From: a virus
Lineage: Duplodnaviria > Heunggongvirae > Uroviricota > Caudoviricetes
Virus record (IMG/VR): IMGVR_UViG_2627853771_000003
Length of the DNA stretch: 48,551 nucleotides
Direction: 5' to 3' (one strand)
Within the stretch, counting starts at the first letter, position 1, and each line of letters opens with the position of its first letter. Positions 27,585 to 37,644 of this stretch are shown here, in pieces. A program made the position numbers and the translations under genes. Under the pieces are notes generated by a model. That model ran no database searches. It saw only the letters and a list, made by a program, of their open reading frames with translations, and had not been told where the DNA came from.

Positions 27585-29059
27585 TGGCAATTCTTGATGA
27601 TGTGATTGGCGTTTTTTCACCAGGATGGAAAGCGGCAAGGCTGCGTTCCCGTGCGGTGATCCAGGCTTATGAGGCCGTAAAAACGACGCGGACACACAAA
27701 GCCCGACGGGAGAACCGAACTGCCGACCAGTTAAGCCAGTACGGGGCCGTGTCGTTACGTGAGCAGGCCCGTTACCTTGATAACAACCACGATCTGGTTA
27801 TTGGTGTATTTGACAAGCTGGAAGAACGGGTGGTGGGGAAAAACGGGATTATTGTCGAGCCACATCCGGTATTACGCAATGGGGCCATTGCCCGTGATCT
27901 GGCAGCGGAGATTCGCACCCGATGGAGTGAATGGTCTGTCAGCCCGGAAGTCACCGGGCAGTTTACCCGTCCGATGCTGGAACGTCTGATGCTTCGTACC
28001 TGGCTGCGCGATGGTGAGGTGTTTGCCCAGATGGTTTCCGGGCGCATAAACAGCCTGACGCCTTCTGCCGGTGTTCATTTCTGGCTGGAGGCACTCGAGC
28101 CGGACTTTATTCCCATGACCAGTGATGAGAGCAACAGGCTGAATCAGGGCGTGTTTGTTGATGGCTGGGGGCGTCCCGAAAAATATCTGGTGTATAAAAG
28201 TCGTCCCGTATCCGGACGGCAGATGGAAACCAAAGAAGTGGATGCAGAGCGAATGCTGCATCTTAAATTTGTTCGCCGTCTGCACCAGATGCGCGGGACG
28301 TCTTTGTTGTCCGGTGTGCTGATCCGCCTCAGTGCCCTGAAAGAGTATGAAGATTCTGAGCTGACTGCAGCAAGGATCGCCGCTGCTCTGGGGATGTACA
28401 TCCGGAAAGGCGACGGGCAGAGCTATGAACCGGATGGTAATGGCAGCAAGGATAAGGAACGCGAGCTTACCATTCAGCCAGGCATTATTTACGACGATCT
28501 GAAACCCGGCGAAGAAATCGGAATGGTGAAGTCGGATCGTCCCAATCCTAACCTTGAAACTTTTCGTAATGGTCAGTTGCGTGCCGTGGCGGCGGGCAGT
28601 CGTCTGAGTTTTTCCAGTACGGCACGCAACTATAACGGCACTTACAGCGCCCAGCGTCAGGAGCTGGTTGAATCCACTGATGGCTACCTGATCCTGCAGG
28701 ACTGGTTTATTGGTGCCGTCACCCGCCCGATGTATCGTGCCTGGCTGAAACAGGCTGTGGCATCCGGTGTTATCAGGCTACCCCGCGATCTTGACCGTTC
28801 TTCACTGTATACCGCGGTGTATTCCGGACCGGTGATGCCGTGGATTGACCCTGTTAAGGAGGCTGAGGCCTGGAAAATTCAGATTCGTGGTGGAGCGGCG
28901 ACAGAATCAGACTGGGTACGTGCAGGTGGTCGTAATCCGGATGATGTCAAACGTCGGCGCAAGGCCGAAATTGATGAAAACCGCAAGCTGGATCTGGTAT
29001 TTGATACCGATCCGGCCAGTGATAAAGGAGGCAGCAGTGCCGCAACGAAACGACAGTAG
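27584..29059 (+). CDS. B: portal protein (lambda B-like)
   Basis: 491 aa; ATG overlaps the W stop (TGATGG). Confidence 0.85.
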   Translation: MAILDDVIGVFSPGWKAARLRSRAVIQAYEAVKTTRTHKARRENRTADQLSQYGAVSLREQARYLDNNHDLVIGVFDKLEERVVGKNGIIVEPHPVLRNGAIARDLAAEIRTRWSEWSVSPEVTGQFTRPMLERLMLRTWLRDGEVFAQMVSGRINSLTPSAGVHFWLEALEPDFIPMTSDESNRLNQGVFVDGWGRPEKYLVYKSRPVSGRQMETKEVDAERMLHLKFVRRLHQMRGTSLLSGVLIRLSALKEYEDSELTAARIAAALGMYIRKGDGQSYEPDGNGSKDKERELTIQPGIIYDDLKPGEEIGMVKSDRPNPNLETFRNGQLRAVAAGSRLSFSSTARNYNGTYSAQRQELVESTDGYLILQDWFIGAVTRPMYRAWLKQAVASGVIRLPRDLDRSSLYTAVYSGPVMPWIDPVKEAEAWKIQIRGGAATESDWVRAGGRNPDDVKRRRKAEIDENRKLDLVFDTDPASDKGGSSAATKRQ

Positions 29060-31064
29060 CCGCAGCACACCGACGACCAGTCCGAAGAATAATTCCTGGT
29101 TCAGGATGCAGGCTGGTCACCAGAGTGACGCGGATATTTATATTTATGACGAGATTGGTTTCTGGGGTGTTACAGCGAAGCAGTTTATCAGTGATCTGAA
29201 TGCACTGGGCGATATCACCCACATTAATCTCCATATCAATTCACCGGGTGGCGATGTCTTTGAAGGCATCGCCATTTTTAATGCACTGAAAACACATGGT
29301 GCGTCCATTACCGTTTATGTCGACGGTGTGGCGGCGTCAATGGCGTCGGTCATTGCGATGGTGGGAAACCCGGTCATTATGCCGGAAAACACCTTCATGA
29401 TGATTCATAAACCATTTGGCTTTACGGGCGGTGATGCGGAGGACATGCGCACCTATGCCGACCTGCTCGATAAGGTTGAGGCGGTTCTGTTACCCGCTTA
29501 TGCACAGAAAACCGGGAAAACCACCGATGAAATTGCTGCCATGCTGGCGGATGAGACCTGGATGTCCGGTGCCGAATGTCTGGCACATGGATTTGCTGAT
29601 CAGGTGACGCCAGCCGTTAAGGCAATGGCATGTATTCAGTCAAAACGTACAGAGGAATTTAAAAAGATGCCGGAATCCATTCGAAACATGATTACTCCGC
29701 CACGCAACAGTGCTCCACGCGTACAGGATGATGAACCTGCAGCCTCCCGGACGCCAGTGCAGGCAGCAGCACCCGTGGTGGATGAAAACAGTATCCGTGC
29801 GCAGGTACTGGCAGAGCAAAAAGCGCGTGTAAACGGTATTAATGATCTGTTTGCCATGTTTGGCGGGCGTTATCAGACGCTGCAGGCTCAGTGTCTTGCC
29901 GATCCTGAATGTTCGCTGGAGCAGGCCCGCGAAAAGCTGTTGAACGAGATGGGGCGCGAGTCCACGCCATCCAATAAAAATACACCGGCTCATATTTATG
30001 CCGGTAACGGTAATTTTGTGGGGGACGGGATCCGCCAGGCGCTGATGGCGCGTGCCGGATTTGAAAAAACCGAACGTGATAATGTCTACAACGGGATGAC
30101 CCTGCGTGAATATGCCCGTATGTCACTGACTGAACGGGGTATTGGGGTTTCCAGTTATAACCCGATGCAGATGGTCGGTGCGGCGTTCACACACAGTACG
30201 TCTGACTTCGGTAATATTCTGCTGGATGTTGCGAACAAAGCCATTCTGCAGGGCTGGGAAGATGCCCCTGAAACCTATGAACAGTGGACGCGGAAAGGTC
30301 AGTTGTCTGATTTTAAAATTGCCCATCGTGTGGGTATGGGGGGCTTCAGTGCTCTGCGTCAGGTGCGTGAAGGGGCGGAATATAAATACGTCACCACCGG
30401 AGATAAACAGGCCACTATTGCACTGGCGACCTATGGCGAGCTGTTCAGTATCACCCGTCAGGCCATTATCAATGATGATCTGAATATGCTGACCGATGTC
30501 CCGATGAAGCTGGGCCGTGCGGCGAAATCCACTATTGCCGATCTGGTTTATGCCATTCTGACGTCTAACCCGAAAATCTCCACAGATAATGTAAGTCTGT
30601 TCGATAAAGCGAAACATGCAAACGTACTGGAGAGCGCTGCAATGGACGTGGCATCGCTGGATAAAGCCCGCCAGTTGATGCGCGTTCAGAAAGAGGGGGA
30701 GCGTCATCTGAATATTCGTCCTGCGTTCGTACTGGTACCGACGGCGATGGAGTCTGTTGCTAACCAGGTCATTCGCTCCTCAAGTGTCAAGGGGGCTGAC
30801 ATTAACGCCGGTATTATTAACCCGGTGAAAGATTTTGCGACCGTTATTGCAGAGCCTCGTCTTGATGATAACAGCCAGACCACCTTCTACCTGGCTGCGT
30901 CAAAAGGCTCCGATACGATTGAAGTGGCTTATCTCAACGGTGTGGATACGCCATATATTGATCAGATGGAGGGCTTCAGTGTGGATGGCGTGACAACGAA
31001 AGTGCGTATTGACGCCGGTGTCGCGCCAGTTGATCACCGCGGTCTGGTGAAATGTACGGCGTAA
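29037..31064 (+). CDS. ClpP-family prohead protease fused to HK97-fold major capsid protein
   Basis: GTG at 29037 after AAAGGAGG; N-terminal ClpP-like region (INSPGGDVFEGIAIFNALK...VDGVAASMASVIAMVG), then a long capsid-type C-terminal domain. Confidence 0.8.
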   Translation: MPQRNDSSRSTPTTSPKNNSWFRMQAGHQSDADIYIYDEIGFWGVTAKQFISDLNALGDITHINLHINSPGGDVFEGIAIFNALKTHGASITVYVDGVAASMASVIAMVGNPVIMPENTFMMIHKPFGFTGGDAEDMRTYADLLDKVEAVLLPAYAQKTGKTTDEIAAMLADETWMSGAECLAHGFADQVTPAVKAMACIQSKRTEEFKKMPESIRNMITPPRNSAPRVQDDEPAASRTPVQAAAPVVDENSIRAQVLAEQKARVNGINDLFAMFGGRYQTLQAQCLADPECSLEQAREKLLNEMGRESTPSNKNTPAHIYAGNGNFVGDGIRQALMARAGFEKTERDNVYNGMTLREYARMSLTERGIGVSSYNPMQMVGAAFTHSTSDFGNILLDVANKAILQGWEDAPETYEQWTRKGQLSDFKIAHRVGMGGFSALRQVREGAEYKYVTTGDKQATIALATYGELFSITRQAIINDDLNMLTDVPMKLGRAAKSTIADLVYAILTSNPKISTDNVSLFDKAKHANVLESAAMDVASLDKARQLMRVQKEGERHLNIRPAFVLVPTAMESVANQVIRSSSVKGADINAGIINPVKDFATVIAEPRLDDNSQTTFYLAASKGSDTIEVAYLNGVDTPYIDQMEGFSVDGVTTKVRIDAGVAPVDHRGLVKCTA

Positions 31065-31087
31065 ACGTCGCAGACAACAACTCTGAT

Positions 31088-31107
31088 GGCCCGTAAGGGC
31101 TTTTTTT
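31088..31107 (+). terminator. short rho-independent terminator after the capsid gene
   Basis: GCCC-GTAA-GGGC hairpin followed by TTTTTTT. Confidence 0.4.
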
Positions 31108-31150
31108 GTACCTGAAATCAGCCCCTGAACGGGGCTGTGCGGAGACAGTT

Positions 31151-31474
31151 ATGGCAAAGAATTTTGTAGAAGAAGGAAAAACGGTGGCGATTGTTGCCAG
31201 TGCAGCCATCAGCAGCGGAGATCTGGTGCAGGTGGGTGATGTTTTTGCGGTGGCGCTGACCGATATTCCACAGGGTGAAACAGGCGACGGCATGACCGAA
31301 GGTGTGTTTATGCTGCCTAAGCTGAAAACGGATGACATGAAAACGGGTAAGAAGGTTTATCTGAAGTCCGGAAAAGTTCAGCTGACTAACAGCGGCTCTG
31401 ATCCGCTGGTCGGGGTTGTCTGGGTAGATGCCGGAACCAGTGCAGAAGAAGTGCCGGTAAAACTCAATGTCTGA
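31151..31474 (+). CDS. small head-associated protein (DUF2190-like, possible decoration/connector protein)
   Basis: 108 aa, SD GGAG, immediately after the capsid gene. Confidence 0.55.
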   Translation: MAKNFVEEGKTVAIVASAAISSGDLVQVGDVFAVALTDIPQGETGDGMTEGVFMLPKLKTDDMKTGKKVYLKSGKVQLTNSGSDPLVGVVWVDAGTSAEEVPVKLNV

Positions 31475-31742
31475 TCCCTTTTCCCGGCTGGCAGCGCGTA
31501 TGGATGCGATCACGGTCAGAAAGATGGGAAAGACAGCCTCGATTAATGATGCCGATATGACTGTGATCCCGGGAGAAACACTGGCAGAGCTGAATGCTCT
31601 GTCCGGACCTGCGGTATCTCTGGTGGTGTTTTCTTCGGGATACCGCCCACGGCGCGGGGATCGCGTTGTTTATGACGGACAACAATGGACGGTCACACGG
31701 CATGAACGTTTTAACGGTAAGCCAATGATCTTTATTGAGTAA
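31467..31742 (+). CDS. head-tail attachment protein (FII-like)
   Basis: 91 aa, position between head and tail genes. Confidence 0.6.
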   Translation: MSDPFSRLAARMDAITVRKMGKTASINDADMTVIPGETLAELNALSGPAVSLVVFSSGYRPRRGDRVVYDGQQWTVTRHERFNGKPMIFIE

Positions 31743-31753
31743 AGAGGTGTGGG

Positions 31754-32332
31754 ATGAAGGGGCTTGAGAATGCCATCCGTAATCTGAACAGCCTTGATAC
31801 CCGTATGGTGCCACAGGCCAGCGCATGGGCGATAAACCGTGTGGCACAGAAAGCGGTCTCGGTCGCCACCCGGCAGGTTGCCGGGAATACCGTTGCGGGA
31901 GATAACCAGGTGAAAGGGATCCCCCTGAAACTGGTACGTCAGCGTGTCCGGGTGTTTAAAGCCAGTCCGTCAGGAAAAATGACGGCCAGGATCCGCGTTA
32001 ACCGGGGCAATCTGCCCGCTATTAAGCTGGGGACAGCCCGGGTCAGACTGGCCCGGCGTGGTGGAAAACTGCAGTACCGTGGCAGTGTGCTGAAGGTGGG
32101 TAAATATCTTTTCCGGGATGCGTTTATTCAGCAACTGGCGAATGGTCGCTGGCATGTGATGCGGCGTATTGATGGCAAAAATCGTTACCCCATTGATGTG
32201 GTGAAAATCCCTCTGTCCGGACCGCTGACGCAGGCATTTGAAGATGCCCGCGACCGCATCATTGCTGCGGAAATGCCGAAACAGCTGGGGTATGCACTGA
32301 AACAACAACTGAGGTTATGGCTGACCCGATGA
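31754..32332 (+). CDS. Z: minor tail protein Z
   Basis: 192 aa, lambda gene order. Confidence 0.8.
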   Translation: MKGLENAIRNLNSLDTRMVPQASAWAINRVAQKAVSVATRQVAGNTVAGDNQVKGIPLKLVRQRVRVFKASPSGKMTARIRVNRGNLPAIKLGTARVRLARRGGKLQYRGSVLKVGKYLFRDAFIQQLANGRWHVMRRIDGKNRYPIDVVKIPLSGPLTQAFEDARDRIIAAEMPKQLGYALKQQLRLWLTR

Positions 32333-32730
32333 ACCGACATACACAAATCCGCCAGGCCGTACTGGCACGCCTTCGGGAACAGTGTGGAGACAGCGCCACG
32401 TTTTTTGACGGGCTTCCGGCATTTGTTGATGCGCAGGAACTGCCTGCCGTGGCGGTGTGGCTGAGTGATGCTCTGTACACCGGAAAAATGACGGATGAAG
32501 ATGACTGGCAGGCTGTTCTGCATATTGCTGTCTTCATCCGGGCACAGGCACCGGATTCAGAGCTGGATATGTGGATGGAGAGCACCATTTTCCCGGCCCT
32601 GAATGATGTACCGGCACTTTCCGGACTCATCGACACCCTGATCCCACTCGGTTTTAACTATCAACGTGATAATGAGATGGCCACCTGGGCGATGGCGGAA
32701 ATCACGTACCAGATCACGTACACGAATTAA
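32329..32730 (+). CDS. U: minor tail protein U (tail terminator)
   Basis: ATGA overlap with Z stop. Confidence 0.8.
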   Translation: MNRHTQIRQAVLARLREQCGDSATFFDGLPAFVDAQELPAVAVWLSDALYTGKMTDEDDWQAVLHIAVFIRAQAPDSELDMWMESTIFPALNDVPALSGLIDTLIPLGFNYQRDNEMATWAMAEITYQITYTN

Positions 32731-32740
32731 GGAGGTGGCA

Positions 32741-33484
32741 ATGACCACACCAAATCCACTGGCAAAAACGAAAGGTGCGGGAACGACGTTCTGGATGTAC
32801 ACCGGCAAGGGCGATGCGTTTGCGAACCCTTTATCGGACACTGACTGGCTGCGTCTTGCGATGGTGAAGGATCTGCAGCCTGGCGAAATGACCGCTGATG
32901 CAGAAGATGACACTTATCTCGATGATGAAGATGCAGACTGGAAAACGACAACCCAGGGGCAGAAATCCGTCGGTGATACTTCGGCGACGCTGGCCTGGCG
33001 TCCGGGTGACAGCGGGCAGAAAAAACTGGTTCAGTTGTTCGACTCCGGTGAAGTCTGCGCGTTTCGTATCAAATATCCCAACGGTACTGTTGATGTTTTC
33101 CGTGGCTGGCTGAGTTCACTGGGTAAAACCATTGCCTCAAAAGACGTGATGACCCGCACAGTGAAAATCAGCGGTGTGGGGCGTCCGTATCTGGCAGAAG
33201 AAGGCACTGAAACCGTGAGCGTTACCGGGCTGACGGTGGCACCGGCATCTGCCAGTGTAAAAGTGGGAGCAACCACCACGCTGACCTTTACAGTAAAACC
33301 TGACGGAGCCAGTGACAAAGCGATCAGTGTGCATTCGACAGATCCACAGACTGCCACGGTGACCCTGAACGGGCTTGTGGCCACGGTGAAAGGCGTGAAG
33401 CAGGGCAGTGTCAGCATTGTGGGCATGACCGCTGACGGGAATTTTGTGGCTGTGGCTGCGGTGACTGTCAGCGCAGCAGGTTAA
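32741..33484 (+). CDS. V: major tail protein V with C-terminal Ig-like domain
   Basis: SD AAGGAGG; Ig-like C-terminal segment (VSVTGLTVAPASASVKVGATTTLTFTVKPDGASD). Confidence 0.85.
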   Translation: MTTPNPLAKTKGAGTTFWMYTGKGDAFANPLSDTDWLRLAMVKDLQPGEMTADAEDDTYLDDEDADWKTTTQGQKSVGDTSATLAWRPGDSGQKKLVQLFDSGEVCAFRIKYPNGTVDVFRGWLSSLGKTIASKDVMTRTVKISGVGRPYLAEEGTETVSVTGLTVAPASASVKVGATTTLTFTVKPDGASDKAISVHSTDPQTATVTLNGLVATVKGVKQGSVSIVGMTADGNFVAVAAVTVSAAG

Positions 33485-33504
33485 CAGGACGATACTCATC
33501 ATTT

Positions 33505-33528
33505 GCCCCGGTTATTCGGGGCTTTTTT
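33505..33528 (+). terminator. rho-independent terminator after V
   Basis: GCCCCG-GTTATT-CGGGGC hairpin followed by TTTTTT. Confidence 0.6.
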
Positions 33529-33541
33529 ACAGGTGGAGAAC

Positions 33542-33931
33542 ATGATGTTTCTGAAACAGGACACGTTTAATTATGAAAAACAGTCCGTGGTGCTCAGTGA
33601 GCTGTCCGGGCTGCAGAGAATTGAATATCTGGCGTTTGTTCAGCAGCGAACGGCAAAGTTTGATGCCGAAGAGGGAGAACTGCCGGAGGCTGAACGACAG
33701 ATTGCTTTTCTGCGGATGGGGATGGATATCAATGCCTGGCTGGTTTCCCGCTCACTGTGGAATGCGGAACAGTCTCAGGATGTTGAGACGCTTTGCGCAT
33801 CCGTTATTACAACATGGTCGTATGATGCCCTGGGAGCGGGGGCGGAGATGGTTCTGTCGCTGAGCGGTATGGGAGCCATTGAGAATGCCGGGGATTTGGA
33901 GCATGAGGTGCTGACGCCGGAAAAGTCCTGA
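33542..33931 (+). CDS. G: tail assembly chaperone G
   Basis: MMFLKQDTFNYEKQSVVLSELSGLQRIEYLAF...; SD GGTGGAG. Confidence 0.8.
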   Translation: MMFLKQDTFNYEKQSVVLSELSGLQRIEYLAFVQQRTAKFDAEEGELPEAERQIAFLRMGMDINAWLVSRSLWNAEQSQDVETLCASVITTWSYDALGAGAEMVLSLSGMGAIENAGDLEHEVLTPEKS

Positions 33932-33939
33932 CGCGGGAA

Positions 33940-34269
33940 ATGCAGTTTGTCATGCGGCTTGCCCGGGAGTTCCGGCGGGCAGACTGGCGGCGGATGCTGT
34001 CGGAAATGTCGGCCACTGAGCTTGGTGAATGGGGCGATTATTTCCGGATGCAGAGCTTCAGTGATGTGTGGATGGATGCGCAGTTTGCCTCGCTGAAGGC
34101 ATTGATCGTGAGAATGGTGTCCGGTAGCAGTGATGCTGCGGTGGCTGATTTCAGCCTTTTACCGGAAGAGAACGGGATACCGGAGCGAACGGACGAAGAA
34201 CTGATGCATCTTGGGGAAGGTATTTCCGGAGGTGTGCGTTATGGACCAGATAGCCAACCTGGTCATTGA
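33940..34269 (+). CDS. T: tail assembly protein T segment, expressed as a G-T fusion by -1 frameshift
   Basis: ORF in the -1 frame relative to G, open from the slippery region GGAAAAG (33919-33925) just before the G stop. Confidence 0.7.
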   Translation: MQFVMRLAREFRRADWRRMLSEMSATELGEWGDYFRMQSFSDVWMDAQFASLKALIVRMVSGSSDAAVADFSLLPEENGIPERTDEELMHLGEGISGGVRYGPDSQPGH

Positions 34270-37200
34270 TTTGGGGATTGATGCGGCAGAGTTTAAAAAT
34301 GAAATTCCCCGTATCAAAAACCTTCTGAATGGTGCAGCCAGCGATGCAGAACGGTCTTCTGCCCGTATGCAGCGTTTTATGGAGCGTCAGACTCAGGCCG
34401 CCCGGCAGACAACGCAGGCGGCTTCTTCGGCTGCAACAGCCGCATCCGTCCATGCGCAGACGGTGGAGAAGAACGCACAGGCTCATGAACGCATGGCCCG
34501 CGAGGTGGAGAAAACCCGCCAGCGCATGGAGGCACTGAGCCAGAAAATGCGCGAGGAACAGGCGCAGGCCATGGCTCTGGCGGAGGCTCAGGATAAAGCG
34601 GCTGCCGCGTTTTATCGTCAGATTGACAGTGTAAAACAGGCCAGTGCGGGGCTGCAGGAATTACAGCGTATTCAGCAGCAGATCCGACAGGCCAGAAACA
34701 GTGGCGGGATTGGTCAGCAGGATTATCTGGCGCTGATTTCTGAGGTTACGGCGAAAACCCGTGTTCTTACACAGGCTGAGGAAGAGGCTACCCGACAGAA
34801 AGTGGCGTTTATCCGTCAGCTTAAAGAGCAGGCAACCCGCCAGAATCTTTCTTCTTCTGAGTTGCTTCGTGCTAAGGCTGCCCAGCTGGGGGTAAGCAGT
34901 GCTGCAGAAGTGTATATCCGCAAAATGGAGCAGGCAGGAAAAGCAACGCATTCGCTGGGTCTGAAAAGTGCAGCGGCCCGTCAGGAGATAGGCGTTCTGA
35001 TAGGTGAACTGGCCCGCGGCAATTTAGGTGCGCTGAGGGGATCCGGAATAACGCTGGCTAACCGTGCCGGATGGATAGACACATTGATGTCACCGAAAGG
35101 CATGATGCTTGGCGGGGTTATTGGCGGTATTGCCGCGGCTGTCTATGGTCTGGGTAAAGCCTGGTATGACGGTCAGAAGGAGGGGGAAGAATTTAACCGC
35201 CAGCTGTCGCTGACGGGGCATTATGCCGGAGTCACTGCCGGGCAGCTGTGGACGCTCAGTCGTGCTATTTCCGGGAATGGTATCACGCAACATGCTGCAG
35301 CCGGTGCGCTGGCTCAGGTGGTGGGGAGTGGTGCATTTCGTGGAAACGATATCGGTATGGTGGCGAGAGCTGCCGCACAGATGGAGCGATCGGTTGGCCA
35401 GTCGGTCAGCGATACCATAAATCAGTTTAAGCGGCTGAAGGATGATCCTGTAAATGCCGCGAAGGCTCTGGACAATGAGCTGCATTTTCTTACTGCCACT
35501 CAGCTTGAGCAGATACGCGTCCTTGGGGAACAGGGGCGGTCCAGTGATGCGGCACGGATAGCCATGTCTGCACTGGCAGAGGAAACCGGTCGGCGTACTG
35601 CGGATATTGATAATAACCTCAATGCGCTGGGCAGTACGCTGAAGTATCTGTCTGATTTATGGAGTCGTTTCTGGGATGCGGCCATGAATATTGGTCGTGA
35701 AGACTCGCTGGATGAACAGATTTCCGCTTTACAGGAGAAAGTGTCGCGGGCGAAAAGACTCCCCTGGACGGCATCATCTTCTCAGGTTGAGTACGATCAG
35801 CAGCGTCTTAACGAGCTTCAGGAGAAAAAACGCCAGAAGGATTTGCAGGATGCAAAAGAGCAGGCAGAGCGGAATTATCAGGAGCAACAGAAACGCCGTA
35901 ATGCTGAAAATGCTGCACTGAACCGGATGAATGAAACGGAAGCAGCACGACATCAGCGTGAAATTGCGCGTATTAATGCCATGCAGTACGCCGATCAGGC
36001 TGTCAGGGATGCGGCGATACAACGTGAAAATGAACGTTACGAGAAAGCCCTGGCATCCGGTAAGAAAAAAACACGCGAACCCCGTAATGATGAGGCCACC
36101 CGGTTATTGCTGCAGTACAGTCAGCAACAGGCACAGGTGGAAGGACAGATTGCTGCTGCCAGACAGTCAGCAGGCATTGCCACGGAAAGGATGACAGAAG
36201 CGCATAAACAGCTTCTGGCTCTGCAGCAGCGCATCAGCGACCTGGACGGGAAAAAACTGACGGCAGATGAAAAGAGTGTGCTGGCCCGTAAAGATGAACT
36301 GATTCAGGCACTGACGCTGCTGGATGTAAAACAGCAGGAGCTTCAGAAACAGACGGCACTCAACGAGCTGAAGAAAAAAACAATTCAGCTGACCAGTCAA
36401 CTGGCTGAAGAAGAGCGCGCTCAGCGTCAGCAACATGACCTGGATATCGCCACGGTGGGTATGGGTGATCAGCAGCGGCAGCGATATCAGGTACAACTGA
36501 GTCTTCGCCAGAAATACCAGCAACAGCTGGAGCAGTTGAGGCGGGATAGTGAGCAGAAAGGAACATATAACACGGATGACTACAGAAAGGCCGAGCAGGC
36601 GCTGACGGAGAGCCTGAACCGACAACTGAATGAGAATCGCCGTTACTGGCAACAGCTTGAAGTTGTGCAGGGTAACTGGAAAAACGGAGTCCTGCGTGCA
36701 TTTCAGGATTTTACCGTGGATGCAGATAATACGGCAGGAACAGCAGAACAGGTGTTCTCGTCAGCCTTCAGCAACATGGGAAATGGCCTGGCAACTTTTG
36801 TCACTACCGGCAAACTCAATTTCAAATCCTTCACCTCTTCTGTGCTGTCAGATATGGCGAAAATCCTGGCGCAGGCAACCATGATGAAATCGATAAAAGG
36901 GATTGGCAGTGTACTGGGATTTGATCTCAGCAGCCTTTCCCTGAATGCCAATGGGGGGATTTATCAGTCTGCTGATTTGAGCCGTTACAGTGGCACGGTG
37001 GTTAACCGTCCGACGTTTTTTGCTTTTGCAAAAGGCGCGGGTGTGATGGGGGAAGCGGGACCTGAAGCCATTCTGCCACTGCGTCGTGGTGCTGACGGTA
37101 AGCTGGGGGTTGTGGCGGATATTGGTGGTTCAGGTATGGCGATGTTTGCCCCGCAGTACAACATCGAGATCAATAACGATGGCACGAACGGGCAGATAGG

Positions 37201-37306
37201 TCCGGCTGCCCTGAAGGTGGTTTATGACCTTGGGAAAAAAGCGGCAGCGGACTTTATGCAACAGCAGGCCCGTGATGGTGGTCGGTTAAGTGGAGCATAT
37301 CGGTAA
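34241..37306 (+). CDS. H: tail tape measure protein H
   Basis: 1021 aa, coiled-coil rich; SD GGAGG. Confidence 0.9.
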   Translation: MDQIANLVIDLGIDAAEFKNEIPRIKNLLNGAASDAERSSARMQRFMERQTQAARQTTQAASSAATAASVHAQTVEKNAQAHERMAREVEKTRQRMEALSQKMREEQAQAMALAEAQDKAAAAFYRQIDSVKQASAGLQELQRIQQQIRQARNSGGIGQQDYLALISEVTAKTRVLTQAEEEATRQKVAFIRQLKEQATRQNLSSSELLRAKAAQLGVSSAAEVYIRKMEQAGKATHSLGLKSAAARQEIGVLIGELARGNLGALRGSGITLANRAGWIDTLMSPKGMMLGGVIGGIAAAVYGLGKAWYDGQKEGEEFNRQLSLTGHYAGVTAGQLWTLSRAISGNGITQHAAAGALAQVVGSGAFRGNDIGMVARAAAQMERSVGQSVSDTINQFKRLKDDPVNAAKALDNELHFLTATQLEQIRVLGEQGRSSDAARIAMSALAEETGRRTADIDNNLNALGSTLKYLSDLWSRFWDAAMNIGREDSLDEQISALQEKVSRAKRLPWTASSSQVEYDQQRLNELQEKKRQKDLQDAKEQAERNYQEQQKRRNAENAALNRMNETEAARHQREIARINAMQYADQAVRDAAIQRENERYEKALASGKKKTREPRNDEATRLLLQYSQQQAQVEGQIAAARQSAGIATERMTEAHKQLLALQQRISDLDGKKLTADEKSVLARKDELIQALTLLDVKQQELQKQTALNELKKKTIQLTSQLAEEERAQRQQHDLDIATVGMGDQQRQRYQVQLSLRQKYQQQLEQLRRDSEQKGTYNTDDYRKAEQALTESLNRQLNENRRYWQQLEVVQGNWKNGVLRAFQDFTVDADNTAGTAEQVFSSAFSNMGNGLATFVTTGKLNFKSFTSSVLSDMAKILAQATMMKSIKGIGSVLGFDLSSLSLNANGGIYQSADLSRYSGTVVNRPTFFAFAKGAGVMGEAGPEAILPLRRGADGKLGVVADIGGSGMAMFAPQYNIEINNDGTNGQIGPAALKVVYDLGKKAAADFMQQQARDGGRLSGAYR

Positions 37307-37635
37307 TGGAGACGTTTCACTGGAAAGTGCGCCCGGATATGAATGTGGTATCAGAGCCGAAAGTGGTGACAGTGAAGCTGGGCGATGGTTATGAACAGCG
37401 TCGTGCGGCGGGACTGAATAACCAGTTGTCGATTTACAGCGTGACGATACGTGTTCGTAAATGTGAACACCCATCTTTAAAAGCCTTTCTGGAACGGCAC
37501 GGTGGCGTCCGCGCATTTCAGTGGACGCCACCTTATGACTGGAAGCCGATCAGGGTGGTTTGTCGTAAATGGTCGGCAAGCGTGGGGGCGCTGTGGGTAA
37601 CCATAACGGCAGATTTTGAACAGGTCGTGGCATAG
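37306..37635 (+). CDS. M: minor tail protein M
   Basis: 109 aa; ATG overlaps the H stop (TAATG). Confidence 0.85.
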   Translation: METFHWKVRPDMNVVSEPKVVTVKLGDGYEQRRAAGLNNQLSIYSVTIRVRKCEHPSLKAFLERHGGVRAFQWTPPYDWKPIRVVCRKWSASVGALWVTITADFEQVVA

Positions 37636-37644
37636 GAGGCTCTG

